From the NCBI RefSeq assembly GCF_009914755.1, contig NC_060941.1: 64,000 nucleotides of DNA. One strand, 5' to 3'. Positions within the stretch are counted from its first letter, which is position 1. Each line of letters starts with the position of its first letter. Made by a program: the position numbers and the translations under genes. Positions 46,703 through 62,582 of the stretch are shown piece after piece. The notes below the pieces were generated by a model. It worked only from the letters and a program-made list of their open reading frames with translations. It ran no database searches and was not told the origin of the DNA. Source of the DNA: the human T2T-CHM13v2.0 reference genome, Homo sapiens.

Positions 46703-47176
46703 CTAAAACAGAGAACAGAGGTTTGGTCTCCACCAGGGGACACAGTGAGTACCAAAAAGTTGCGATTCTGAGATGCCAATGCGCCCACATGCCCTAAATA
46801 GCACAATTCGTCTTCTACCATCAACTCAGCCCGAGGTAGTACAAGAAACTCTCCCACAACGAACAAGACCCCAAGTGCCACTGGAGTGCTTGCTCAGCAC
46901 CATCACAGTGCCTCAAGTAAAGCATCAGCCTCTAGCAGATATCCTCAGTGAAAACGTTTCTCCCCATGCCAGGACAGATCAGAAACTGAGCAACAGAATT
47001 AGGCCACCGCAGATAAGGAGAACGGTACAGGGTTAGGCCCTGGATGCCTGCAACATCTGTCACTGCCCTTGATCAAACCTGTCATCACTGTCCCCAGGAG
47101 GAAACACCCTCCTCCTCCCCTCTTTCCAAGAGGCTATCCTTCCCAAGCCGATGGCTCTCTGGTGGTGAGACTCTAC

Positions 47177-47274
47177 CTGGCGCCGTTGGATAGCTTCAGG
47201 ATGATCTGGTTCTTCAAGTCGTAGACCTTCCCCAGCCAGCAGTCATAGGCAATGTAGTCCCCATACATGAAGGG
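47177..47274 (-). CDS. UBE2O: UBE2O exon 4 (PFMYGDYIAYDCWLGKVYDLKNQIILKLSNGAR)
   Basis: 98 nt, AG/GT, phase matches neighbours. Confidence 0.95.
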
Positions 47275-47689
47275 CTGCAGACCAAGGAGGCAGGGGCAGT
47301 GAGACACAGCAGACAACGTTCATGTCCAGGGCACAGATTCCTCTATGCCCCACCGAAGACAGGATGGGGGAGGATCTAGACAGCTCACTGACTGGACCGG
47401 TTGGCTACTAGCCCTAAACAGCTGCTGCAGCAGGCCCTCCCTACAAGTTCTAGGCTGCATCCCAGCTGCTCTTCCCAGTGAGGAGGAAGTGGTGGTGGTG
47501 GTGGGGCTGCCTGGAGGGAACGGGGTGGGTGATGCAGGGGCAGAGAGGCCTGATGGCATCCATGGACATGGGACATCCATGGACACAGGACACCTGGCAA
47601 AGTAGGCTGTGGAGGTGGCAGGCAGAGGAGGCAGCCACACCACTGGGGGGTGGCTACATGGACAGTGCTCTGAGTAAATACGTTAACAC

Positions 47690-49480
<1,791 letters not shown>

Positions 49481-49780
49481 ATTTCCAATAATTTATTTTT
49501 TTAAAGAAATGTTAGAGGAGAAAGGAAAAACACTTAAAGATAACCACACTGGCAGCCTATGCTGGGGTTGGGGAAGGGCACGTCCTGACCTCATGTCTAA
49601 ATGGCTTACTTGAAAGCAGCGAAAACAAGGCTACAGGAGCCAGCTGGCTGCTGTGCTCCGCCTTCTGACCCAGGAAGGCTGTGCTTGGCAAGAGCACGGA
49701 GGAGGCTGTAGCCCAGAGGTCGTGCCGCCGAGAGAACCAGAGGGCCCAGAAAGGATGATGAGAAGACAGGGCCGGCTCAC

Positions 49781-49891
49781 CCAGATGTGCTGCAGGTCCT
49801 TGCTGTTGACGGGATAGATGATGCAGTTGGTGCCGATGAGCTTGACGGCACAGTCGATGTTGACGTCGATCACCGTGCCACACTGACTGTC
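49781..49891 (-). CDS. UBE2O: UBE2O exon 3 (DSQCGTVIDV...LQHIW)
   Basis: 111 nt, AG/GT, in frame. Confidence 0.95.
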
Positions 49892-50087
49892 CTGGGGGAG
49901 GGAGGAGACATGCAAGTCCCGTGGTGCAGCAGCCCTGGTCACCAGGGGAGACCCAGCCCAGGCAACCCCAGCGCACCCCCTGCAGAGCTGGCCAGTTCTC
50001 CCACATGCAGAGTGCGAGGTGGGCAGGCTCAAGTCCCTAAGGTGGCTGCCCCCAGGCCCGGGGCTGGGGTGGGGACGCAGGACTCAC

Positions 50088-50147
50088 GGTGGATCGCATG
50101 TGCCGGACCACATCTCGGGGCACCACAGAACGGTCCTCTAGTTTCAG
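50088..50147 (-). CDS. UBE2O: UBE2O exon 2 (LKLEDRSVVPRDVVRHMRST)
   Basis: 60 nt with AG/GT boundaries. Numbering assumes a single upstream exon outside the window: 1153 aa here plus 139 aa gives the recalled 1292 aa. Confidence 0.93.
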
Positions 50148-51257
50148 CTGTAAAAGAAAATACAGGTGTGAGAGAATGGACTCTGAAGCCACCACAGAAT
50201 ACAGTTTTCTTCCAGCTTCTGAAGGAAAGCGTCACATCCACACTGCTAAGTGCACAAATCCTAAGCGTTTGGCTAGCAGTATCTTCACAGACCGCACACA
50301 CCTCCGACCAGCACCCAGACCCACAGGCAGAGCGCGTCACGCCCACAGGCCTCCTGGGGCCCCTGTGGTCACTGTCTCACCCACCAGAGGCACTTGGCTT
50401 GCCGGAGGTAGCCTTCCTCACACTGAACAGTGCAGCTCAATGACAGATCACATAAGGCTGCACTTTAATGAAGGATTTAACAGCCCATTCTACAGAGAGC
50501 AAAACATTTGCTTTGCGTTCAATCTTTTTTCTGCCCTCTGCAAGTGCCTGCCCTAGCTGATCAGTGCTGAGGGAGAGTGGGCTGGGGGAGAAGCAGGACA
50601 CTGGGCTGCGGTGGGTCACCCTGAAGCCTGGCTATCACCGGACACCATGTTCTAATCTGGGTTATCCTCCTGACCAGCTGCGGCCTGCACCTTATCTGCT
50701 GCGCTTGGAGCCCTGCAGGCTGCTAAGTAACCCTCAGGATGGTTGGCTCTTGGAGCCCGGCCAACTGCACGAGCACCTGATTGTCTCTTTACGCACAGCT
50801 GGCAGCGGCCACTGCCTCCTGCTGCTCCATCGCCCAAAAGCCCAGGCACGTGATGCTCCCACCAGGCCAGCCTGCGTCTTTTTTAGCTGGTTCCTCAAAC
50901 CTGGGGCAGCTCCTCTATGGTTCTTCACTGGGTCATAATCATGGATGGGTCTCTGTGTGTGTCCACCTCCGAGACCCCAAACCACATGGCTGGAGAGCTG
51001 TTTCCTCAAATAGCCAACCAGACACTCCTCCGTGGTGGCCTCTCTTGACCTGGGGGCACTGAGAGGTCACCACCAAGAAAGGAGAACTGAGTCGCCGAAA
51101 AAGGAAGATACTGGCTCAAGGTCACTTAAATGCTGGCAATGACAACTAAAACAAACTCTGCTAGTAGAAGAACGTGACTCACAAAAAAAAAAAGGAAAGA
51201 AAAGCAATGAACCCCACCACCAACCAGCAGTGCAGAGAGTCCCATGGGAACTCATGA

Positions 51258-51509
<252 letters not shown>

Positions 51510-52904
51510 TGATCTGCCCACCTCAGCCTCCCAAAGTGCTGGGATTACAGGCGTGAGCCACTGCATCCAGGTATGAGCCTGTTTCAAATGACAACTTGCC
51601 CAGTCCTTAAACGCAGGGTTCTTGAGTCAGACACAGGAACGTCAGGCAAACCACTCCTGCCGACATGTGGAAGGAGAGATGATGGCAGCTGTCTCAGCAT
51701 GGCTGAGGTGGAGTCACCAAGGCAGCGGACCGCAGGTGGCACATGGTGCACGGTACAGAGTAGGTGCTCAGCAAGGTCGGCAGCTGTGATCACTGGCCCT
51801 GTGAGCTGCAGGGTGAAGACCCCTGAAAGGTCAGGCTCTCCTTATCTCTGCTCCAAGACCCCAGGAGGCTGGAGAGGCATGCTGGCGTGACGGTGCCACT
51901 TTTCTAAATCAAAGAATATTCTGTGCCTGTAACCCTCTGTGCCCAAATCTCCACTCTGAGATACGGCATTTTTTTGTGCTGCCCCACCCTATCTTAATCC
52001 CCTGCTCCCATTTTAGACTTCAAAAAGCCACAATTGCTCCCAGAGAAGCCAGAAGCGGCAGGACAGGAGAATCCAATGCAAGGGGGGCTGCACCATGTGT
52101 GGCAGGAGGGCTGCCTCCACCACTTGGGGGTCCCTGAGAGAGCAGCCAGGAAAGGAGGAGAGAAGAACGCAGACACAGACCTAAATCAGTGCCGTCACTG
52201 ATGAAACACCCTGTTCAGCCTAACAGCACCCTTGGGAGTGCAGGGGAAACCGAGGTGTCAACTCTGAGGCTGAAGCAGAAAAAAACAGCTGGTGAAAGCT
52301 GGCATCATGGCAAGGCCAGAGGCTGGCAGGGCAGGCAGTGCCCAGTGCTCCCAGGAGAGGGAGGCTGGCAGCAAATGCCATTCTTCCCGTGGGGTCTCCA
52401 GACAACAGCAGCTCCACCCCACCAGGATGCTGCCTCCAGGGGCTCTTCTGACCTTTCTATGACAAGGAGTTACATTTCTCCAAAGACCTGATGGTGCTGG
52501 GAGCAGAGTGGGAGCGACAAGGGGCTGGGGGATGGTAACATGGTGGCTACACTCCCTTCCACTGGGAATTAGAACCCAAGACAACGGCATGTGGAAGGAC
52601 TTAGGATGACTTGGGAGGCTCTTGTGACTTTCCTTCCTAACTTCCTATACCCCACCCATACTGGGCACTGGCTTTCTCCAAATAAGCCCATACCCTCCCA
52701 TCTGTGAGCCACTCCACTGAACAGTTACTTCCAAATGTCCTCCTCTCCCTGCCCCCGTATGCACAACCTGCTTCACAAAGCCTTTCAGTGCCCCCGTCAG
52801 GAAGGAACCGACGTGCTCCTGGCGAATGCAAGAGCTCTGGAGTTTTTCGCCTCATGCTAACCAGGTGCTTCCTACCTGGCAGACAGTTCTCCAAGCGTTT
52901 CACT

Positions 52905-53075
52905 GTCTTCGCCCATGAGGTGCTCCACAACCCATGAAGCACATCACTGCCATGCTCATTTTGCAGATACGCAAACTGAGACCAAGAGAAAATAAGCAAC
53001 TCATTCAATGTCACAAGTAGTGGAGCTGGGACCTGAACGCAGGCAGTTTGGCTCCAGAGTCCATTCTCTTAACCA
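52905..53075 (-). mobile_element. MIR fragment
   Basis: CATTTTGCAGATACGCAAACTGAG...CTCTTAACCA MIR core. Confidence 0.75.
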
Positions 53076-53508
53076 AATAAAAAGCTCATCTCTCCCCAGA
53101 GCTACAGAGACAGGGAAAGACTTCTGGCAGGTCTACACATTTAAAGACAGTGATTCTTCTGCTTATGAAAGAAAGAAAAACTCTCTTCATTTCTGAGGCA
53201 AGTGGAAGGCAGCAATGGTGGCCACTGACTGCGGATGCCTGCTAGGCACAGTTTGCCCTCCACTTCCCCTTCTACCTCCAAAGAGCAAATGACAGGTGCC
53301 AGCCGGCCTGGCAGGTGAACACTAGAGGGCACTGTGCCCACTCTGGGAAAGCACCAGATTTGTGAACAAAACTAAACCTTGGAATAAACCCAATCCCTAC
53401 TGTTAAGGGGTGCCCTGCTTGTAGTTTAAAAAAAAATTGTTACTAGGAGGGGATCTGGGGTCGGGGGTGAAGAGATTTCAACTGTCCTCATGGGCTCTGA
53501 AATTCTAA

Positions 53509-53667
<159 letters not shown>

Positions 53668-53991
53668 TGAGTAGCTGGGACTACAGGCGCCCGCCACCAC
53701 GCCCGGCTAATTTTTTGTATTTTCAGTAGAGACGGGGTTTCACCATATTAGCCACGATGCTCTCGATCTCCTGACCTCGTGATCTGCCAGCCTCGGCCTC
53801 CCAAAGTGCTGGGATTACAGGCGTGAGCCACCGCGCCCAGCCTATTGTCTATTTCTTAGAGAGTCGTAACTATCAGAGGTTTCTGAACAGAAAAAGGACA
53901 AGACAAGATGCCAAAATGCTAACAGTGTCTCTAAGCCAGAAGGGGTGGTGGCTGGTTTAAAATGAACACACACTACTTTTTTTTTTTTTGA

Positions 53992-54099
<108 letters not shown>

Positions 54100-54866
54100 T
54101 AGTGGGATTACAGGCATGCACAACCATGCCCGGCTAATTTTTGTATTTCTAGTAGAGATGGAGTTTCACCATGTTGGTCAGGCTGGTCTCCAACTCCTGA
54201 CCCCATGACCTGCCCTCCTCAGCCTCCCAAAGTGCTGGGATTACAGGCGTGAGCCACCGCCCCTGGCAAACACACACCACTTTGCACACATGTGACTCAA
54301 CAGTGGGGCTGCCCAGTGGAACCCAGGACCGACATCCTCTGTGCCTCCTCTGGAAACAGGAGCAGCAAACAACACAGTTGCCCTCCGAGGAGAGGGATTC
54401 TGGCACATGCTAAGCGCCCATTCTCCTGCAGGGGGGATGCAGACAGACAGACGCAGAGAAGGTGGTACCAAGTGCCATGAAGAAAAACTAGGCCACATGG
54501 GGGCCAGCAGAGGGAGAGCACAGTGAAGAATTTTAAATGTGTGGTCAGGAAAGGCCCCTCCGAGGTGATGCTGAACCAGAGATCGGGATGAGATGGGGAA
54601 TGAGCTTACCAAGCAGGGAGTAGTAGCTGTCAAGGTGCTGGGTGGGGTGACTGGCACAGGCCGGCAAGGCTTCAAGAAGGCAGAAGGCATGGTGCTGTTA
54701 TTCAGGCCTTAGAGAGCCACAGGGAGGGCTTGAGATTCTATCCTGAGCAAGATGGAAGCCCCTGAAGGCCTCCACTCAGAGCCCTGCCTGATGGTGATAT
54801 CCAAAACATTACCTGATTTTTGGGCAGGGAACGTGCTGAGAGAGGGAGCACGGAGGCTGGTTAGCC

Positions 54867-55073
54867 CAGTGGTTCTCACCTAGGGGTAATTTTGCTCCTC
54901 AAAGGACATTTGGCAATGTCTGGAGACACTTTCGGTGGTCATAAAGGGTGGTGGGGGTTCTGGTATCTAGTGGGCAGAGGCCAGAATGCTGAGCATCTAA
55001 CAACGCACAGGACATCCCTCAACGAAGAATGGCGTGGCCAACGCACCCGCAGTGCCACAGCTGAGAAGCCCTG
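54867..55073 (+). mobile_element. MER20 DNA transposon
   Basis: CAGTGGTTCTCA...GGACATTTGGCAATGTCTGGAGACA...TGAGAAGCCCTG. Confidence 0.85.
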
Positions 55074-57320
55074 AAGGTGCTCTGGAGACGCAGGTGCTGA
55101 GACCCGAACAATGGCAGAGAAGGTGGGTCTGCGGACCAGCCTCTGGATACATCAAGTAGGAAAGCAATCAAATGGTAAGTGAGGGGTCAGGGACAATGCC
55201 AGGGCAGAGGGCAACGTGGCAGGAGGCTGGGCACTTCTGTTGTGCCCCATTTGAGCTCCCCGAAGCTATGCTGGAGGCCACTCAGAGCAGGCATTCAGGA
55301 GCCGGGGAAGCTCACCGGGGGCCTCTCCTGCCAGGAGCACTCTCCTCCACGGCTGCCTGACTCCCAAGGCACATGCTGCTTCTCTGAGCTGCAGTCTTGA
55401 GGCTGACCCCCAATAACACAGCAAAAGCAACTAGCTCGTCCTGCAGCTCCTGGTCCAGACTCTCATTCATAACACTGACCTTGACTGACCAGGTGGAATC
55501 CAAATTCACTGTATAAAGTGATCCAGGAATAGAAAACACAAACTGAGGCTGATCAACATGTTGAAAATACAAAGACGCTAAATAAAGAAGCTACTTTTTT
55601 TTGGTGTGGTGGGGGAGGGGGTGGGTGGGAAGAACAGAGTTTCACTCTGTCGCCCAGGCTGGAGTGCAATCATGGCTCCATCTTCCAGGTAATACTCCCA
55701 CCTGTCTCCTGAATAGCTGGGACTACAGGCGTACGCCACCATGCTTGGCTAATTTTTGTAATTTTTTGTAGAGAAAGGGTTTTGCCATGTTACCCAGGCT
55801 GGTCTCAAATTCCTGGGCTGAAGCAATCCTCCTGCCACCAAAGTGTTGGGATTACAGGTGTGAGCCGCTCCACCTGGCCAAGAAGCTACTTTCAAGTGAT
55901 TTTGATTGTCATGTCCCTGTAGGAGCGGATGGCTCCTAAAGGCTGGGCTGCTCCTGGAGGCCATGCCCTTGCCCCAAGGGAAAAGGCGGCTTTGTGCCTG
56001 GCCACTAGCACCAGCATTTGAACACTAAATGGGCTCCCAGTTCAAAAAGGGGAGCTGGAAGAAGTCCAAAAGCAGGGGCCTGCATGGAGCCTAAGCACTT
56101 ACAGCTCAAGGCTGGAAGCCACCAGCCATGCCACAGTCATCTCCAGGTGTCAGACACCAGGGAAGGCCAAACAGGACGAGACATGGGTGCTCTCTTTTAA
56201 TCCCGGGGTAAAAGGCAACCCCACCGCTTCTGGAGGTTAGTGATGTAATCAATACCAGATTTTTTCTTTTTTTTCTTGAGACAGGGTCTCACTCTGCCAC
56301 CCAGGTTGGAGGGCAGTGGCGCAAGCAGGGTTCACTGCAGCCTCAACCACCTGGGCTCAAGTAATCCTTCTGCCTCAGCCTCCTGAGTAGCTGGGACTAC
56401 AGGCACATGCCACCACCCGGCTAATTTTATTTTTTTTGTAGAGACTGGGTTTTACCATGTTGCCCAGGCTGTTCTTGAACTCCTGAGCTCAAGTGATCCT
56501 CTTGCCTCAGCCTCCCAAAGTGCTGGGATTACAGGCGTGAGCCACTGTGCCTGGCCCCAATACTAGGTTTTCAGCTCACAGCTTGCAGTAGTCTCAAACA
56601 GAAAAGGTCCAGCATCATGCCAAGTGCCCGCTGAGGCTTCACAGACAGCCTGGGACCTCAAGGACAAGCGGACGACCAGCCCCACACTAGGTCCCTGGTG
56701 AGTGTGTAGACAACAGGTCAGCTTGCAATGGCTCCTGGATTTGTGTTCAAAGAGTGAGGCTTTCCCTTTGTAGGACTAAGCCAGACCCTAGACCTCTGAA
56801 GGTCCAGCAGCCACACACAGGACTGAAGCTGTTGACCTAGGCCAGGACTCAAAGACCAGATTCCTAAAAGGAAGATGAGGTTAGACCAGCACTGGAAACT
56901 TCTAAATTCCAACTTGATACTTCCCAAAGAGTAAAAACAATCTGAGAAACGCCACTCCTCCACCCCCTCCCTGACCCCCCATCTCTTATTGTCTGAGCTG
57001 GGTCTGAGTCCTAGGTGTATAGAAAAAGAGTGAACTTGACAGTGGCCAACTGGGGGTGTGGGAGAGACAGAGCTTCCAATTGTGCTGGGGACCTCAGGGG
57101 CTCCTAACCAGCCTCTCTCCCTCCCCTCCTGTCTCAGCTGAGGCCTCTCTGACTCTTTGGTTGTCCCTGAGCTTGAAGGGTCTAGCTCCACGCTGCCATG
57201 TGCCCACTCCACTGCCAGCACAGGTGTGGCGCCACTATAGTTCAAGACAGGGGTCACGTGTGTTAGTGCATATATATTTTTCAAACTAAGAAAACCAACT
57301 CGGCCGGGCGCAGTGGCTCA

Positions 57321-57684
<364 letters not shown>

Positions 57685-57939
57685 TTAGTGATTCCTATAT
57701 ATTCAAGGCTAGACAAGAATACAAACATAAAATAAGGTACACATATGGTCTTTAAAGATTTTGCAAGAATCTGACGTAGGGATGGGGTGGAGGAAGTAAG
57801 GACCAGTGACATTCACCCCCATCCCACAATGTTAATGCAGCTTGATGGCCTGAGAAGCTACTTACACCAGATTGGAAAGTTTATCCCAGTGTGGATTTCT
57901 GAAAAAGCTGCGGAAATCGTAGAATGGCATATTCCCCAA

Positions 57940-58205
57940 AGCAGCACTTTTTTTCAAACCATGTGTTGTGACCCATTAGTGGGTTATAGAACCAATTTAG
58001 TGGGTCATGGTCAACACTGGACAAAAAAAAACCTGAGTGCATTAATATACATGTGGTAAGAATAAGTACTATTAGGTTGGCAAAAAGTAACTGCAGTTAA
58101 AATATTTTGAAAAAACCCGTTCAGTTGCATATATAACACGTATGTGTCCCGGGTCATGATATAAAATGTGTATTTTACCGTGAGTGACTGCTGAGAAGCT
58201 GGAGA
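57940..58205 (+). mobile_element. hAT-Charlie-type fragment containing a MADE1-like half (58071-58098)
   Basis: GACCCATTAGTGGG...AATTTAGTGGGTC; TTAGGTTGGCAAAAAGTAA. Confidence 0.5.
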
Positions 58206-60096
58206 ATCTCCACTCTACTGAATTCTCTGCCCAGCACCTGCGCCGACTCTCGGTCCTTTCTGGCCAGGCTTCAGGGCAGTTACATCAGAGGGAGGACATC
58301 CCTCTCATGAGAAGCTGGTCTTGGAACCAAAAAACATGCAAACCAACACAAAACCCAAGACCCACACAGTCACACTCAGGCACTTTTAGGGTGAGGAACT
58401 TTAACTTTCTGACCTGACTTAAAATGTTACTAAATTGGCTCAAACAGTAAAACCAGGAGAGGCAGAAAATGGGGCCTCCTGTTGGAGCTGGACTCCTCTT
58501 CCAGCTTCTTCCTAAGCCCGAGTTTCCAGTTTGGACTGGATTTGAGGATGTGAATGGTCAGTAATTCCGGCTGGTGCCAGTGTAAGGACTTTCTCAGAGC
58601 AGTTGACCATCATGTGGCTGAGCCCTGATAACCCGGCAATCAGCTCACTGCCCACCTGAGGACAGAAGGTTTTACCAGCAAAGCACAAATGGCCAGGGGG
58701 CCTCACATGCTTGGGGGAGGGGAGGGAGAACCTCCGGAAATGGCTGGAAGTAAAAGAAATGTTGGTGCCCCTAGCTGGAAAATTCTGTCAATCATGAGCT
58801 ACGGAAGCCATTCAACAGAGAAGCTGTGCTAAGACTGAGGTCAACTGATTGAATAGTTTTTGAGTGTTTTCTATAGACTTAAGACAAGACAAGAATACAA
58901 ATATATAATTAAGAATGGGAATTAGCTTTCTAGAACTTACACTGAGATGAGGGAGGTAAGATGAAATTACACCTGAAAACAGTTATACACAAGTAAATAG
59001 AGCACTAAGCTGGGTGGGGAGACCAGAAACTGAGTCCTGTCTGGATGGCGGTGGGGGAAGGCAGGAGGACCGGGGTTGCAGGGGAACTGCACACCAGGGA
59101 CAGCCCCCACGCCCTCACCCCTGACACCCTCTCTGATCTCACAACGCAGACTCTCAGGCTGGGCAATACAGTGCTGCTGCATCACCGCCTGGAAACTCGG
59201 CTGCAGCTCGCCAGCTTGCTGGAATGGCCTGGAGGCACAGCCTGCCCGAGGGACAGAGAAAGGGGACTGAGTCCAACTGCCTGCTAAGTGAGGGGGAAGG
59301 ACTGCAGAGCTTGGCCTGGCAGGGGGCCAGCGGGCTGGTCTCTGCAGATGCTGCGGTGTTTGATAAGCAATATGTGCACTTGGCGGCAGGAGCTGGGAGC
59401 CGAGGAGCCCAGCCCTGCACCCCTCTGTCTTGGCTCTGGGCTTGTCAACCTGGCTTAAAAAAAGACAAGAACAGCCCAGGCCTGGCTCCTGCATTTGAAG
59501 GGAGGGGACAGATGGGCATCTTTAGGAGAAGGCCGCCTCCTTCCTCAAAAGTATAAGTAGAAGGCAGAAAAGTGATCAGCATGATTCCATGTTCTGTTCT
59601 TGTCAGGCCTGACTGGGTATCACTACCTAACCAGTGGCCCCGGACTGCTCCATTTCAGATGCGACAGGCTGCGGTCCTGTGGCTGCCGGGCATCCCTGAG
59701 AACAAGAAGGGAGTCGGCCAGCTGGCCAGGCACAGAGCAAGTTCACAGCCTCAACACCCCTCAGTGTCTGATGCCATGTTAGTTCACGGAATGAGGACCC
59801 AGGCTGCTAATCACACAAACTGATCCTGACGGAGCCTGCCAGGAAAGAACCCCACGTGCACTGCCTCTCCCAACCCTATGACCCCCACGAAGGAGGCACC
59901 ACTCTTGTTCTCATTCCACAGGAGACTGGGTGGCTTGGAGAAGTAAGTGAGCTGCCTAAGGTCACCCAAGTGCCAGGACTCCAGAGCCTTTGTTTTGCTC
60001 ACCTGCCCTTCCTCATTTGACCTGTCTGGTCTCCAAGCATGGCCCTTGCTACACCTGGACCAATTGGAACCATGCTGCCATTCAAGTGTGGCCCTG

Positions 60097-60367
60097 GGCC
60101 TGGCGAGGTGGCTCACACCTGTAATCCCAGCACTTTGAGAGGGCAAGGCGGTTGGATCACTTGAGGTCAGGAGTTGCAGACCAGCCTGGCCAACATGGTG
60201 AAACCTGGTCTCTACTAAAAATACAAAAATCAGCTGGGTGTGGTGGTGCGCACCTGTAATCCCAGCTACTTAGGAGGCCGAGGTAGGAGAATTGCTTGGA
60301 CCCAGGAGGTGGAGTTTGAGTGAGCTGAGATCACGCCACTGCACTCCAGCTTGGGCAACAGAGCAAG

Positions 60368-60369
<2 letters not shown>
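60097..60369 (+). mobile_element. Alu whose tail is replaced by a microsatellite
   Basis: Alu motifs. Confidence 0.93.
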
Positions 60370-60404
<35 letters not shown>

Positions 60405-60845
60405 ATACACATATATGTATATACAAATATATATACATACATGTATATACAAATATATGTACATACACGTATATACAAATATATACACATGCACATACAC
60501 GTATATACATATGCGTATACATATGCACATACACGTATATACGTATGCGTATACATATGCACATACACATATATACGTATGTGTATACATATGTACACAC
60601 ACGTATATATGTGTGTGTACATATGTACATACACGTATATACGTATGTGTATACATATGTACATACATGTATATGCGTATGTGTATACATATATACATAT
60701 ATGTGCGTGTATAGATATATAAAGTGTGGCTTTATATACACATACGTGTGTGTGTGTATATGTATATGTGTATATATGTGTGTATATGTATGTATATGTA
60801 TATGTGTATATATGTGTGTATATGTATGTATATGTATATATATAA
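60370..60845. repeat. ~475-bp compound alternating purine-pyrimidine repeat: (TG)n then TA/CA/TG units
   Basis: Direct read. Confidence 0.97.
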
Positions 60846-61335
60846 AGCATGGCCCTGGACTGGCAGCCCAGCATCTTCCCTGAGCTTGCTGGAAACGCAG
60901 ACTCTCAGGCCCCATCCCAGACCTGCTGCCTGGGAATCATCTGAAAAAGTTCCCCAAATGATTCTGATGCACACCCCCCAGAGAAACAGCTAAAAGGGAC
61001 TGCATCCCTCTGAGCTGCTTCTGGGAAAATTTGGGGGAAACAGCGGTGTTCCCCTGTAGCTATGCTCCCCAGGAGAAGAGGAGCCCTGGAGGGGCTGTGT
61101 CCAAGAAGTGGGGCAGGGCCTGCTCTCAGCCATGACAGACCGCACGTGGAAGAGACACAACCTCCCTGAGCCCACACCAACCTCCCCGCGCTTCTCAAAC
61201 ACCTGCAGTTACTATTTCAAGGCAGATGAAATGAATACCATCCCGGGATGCTGGCATCACTGGGACACCAGCTGGCCTGGAGAGTGGGAGTTGACCAAAA
61301 TGTCACTTCCTGGCTGGATCATTAGGTCCTAAGAC

Positions 61336-62582
61336 CCTCAACTGCCCACCTTTGCACCTCCATCTCTCCCAAGGCACAACAGCAACAAGCAGCTCATCTC
61401 AGGACAGTGAAACAGGACTCAAATACTAACTAGAACAGCACCATCATGGAGACTGGGAGGAGTTTCTGCCCAATTCTGCAGGTGCAGTGAGACAAAGCTG
61501 CGGCTGGTCACATGGAGGCTACACACTGCAGGGGACAGAGATGTGGAGTATAAGCTTCAGGGCACAGGGACCAGGTCCTGCAGGGGCCACAGAGTTGCCA
61601 CTCCCCAGCTGTGTGTGCTGGAGTCATGTCACATCTCTGGGCACCAGATGCCTCATCAGGGGGTTGGGCAACACTGAGCTGAATGAGCTCCAGGCCCTTC
61701 CGGCTACGGCTCCAGAGCTTGTCCCCTAAACACCTCCTGGGGTCCTGATTTCCACCTGCCTGGCACCTCTCCCTGACTCAGGGGCAGGCTTCTGCTCTTC
61801 ACATGTGGGCACCCCCATTGACCATCAGAGCAGGCCAGCCGAAAGTCAACGACATCCCTGGGCAGCATGGCCCAAGGAGGCCCCCATGGCTGGGGCACCA
61901 GGGCAGGTCCCTAGACGAGGACCTCTTCCCTGGAGAAGACAATAACATTTACAAAGAACAGAACACAATGCAAAATTTCATGTATGGGCACATCAGGATT
62001 TAAATGTATTATTACAGTGAGGGGATTTTAGATACACCAGGAGAGCTATCTGAAGAGAACCAACAGGAAATCTTAGAGTATTAACCACCTCCTTGTTAAT
62101 ATGGTCAAAATTCTCTACCCCCTCCTTTTTATGAGTGTGGACACACCCACCACCAGTGATAAGAGGACATGGATGGAGGCCAAATGAGAGTGCACTGGGT
62201 GGCTGAACTGAGCTGGGTCTTTAGAGGCCATCACTAAAACCACCTGGCAGAGAGCACCACGAAGGGCCTTCGACTACAGGAGGAAAGAATGCTAAGCATG
62301 TCCAGGGGCAGGAAACAGCTATTGCAGGCCCAGGCGAGACAGGAGGAAGGGAAGAGGAGCAGGTGTTTGATGCTGCATGGATGCATCAGCGTCCGCGAAG
62401 AGACGTCTGGGTGAAGAGATGAATGTCTCACTGCACCTGCAGAATTGGGCAGAAACTCCTCCCAGTCTCCATGATGGTGCTGTTTCCGTTGGTATTTGAG
62501 TCCTGGCTCACTGCATTTAGAGGAGCTGCTTGCTGCTGTTGTGCCTTGGGAGAAGTGGAGGTGGAGAAGTGGGCAGATGAGG
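61336..62582. repeat. Inverted repeat: arms 61336-61494 and 62424-62582, spacer 929 bp
   Basis: Hand alignment: gap-free, inner 61 bp identical, outer 98 bp with 18 mismatches. Confidence 0.95.

Noticed and set aside
60266-60993. Tyr/Ile/His/Val/Cys-rich ORFs in all frames
   Set aside because: Translations of the microsatellite.
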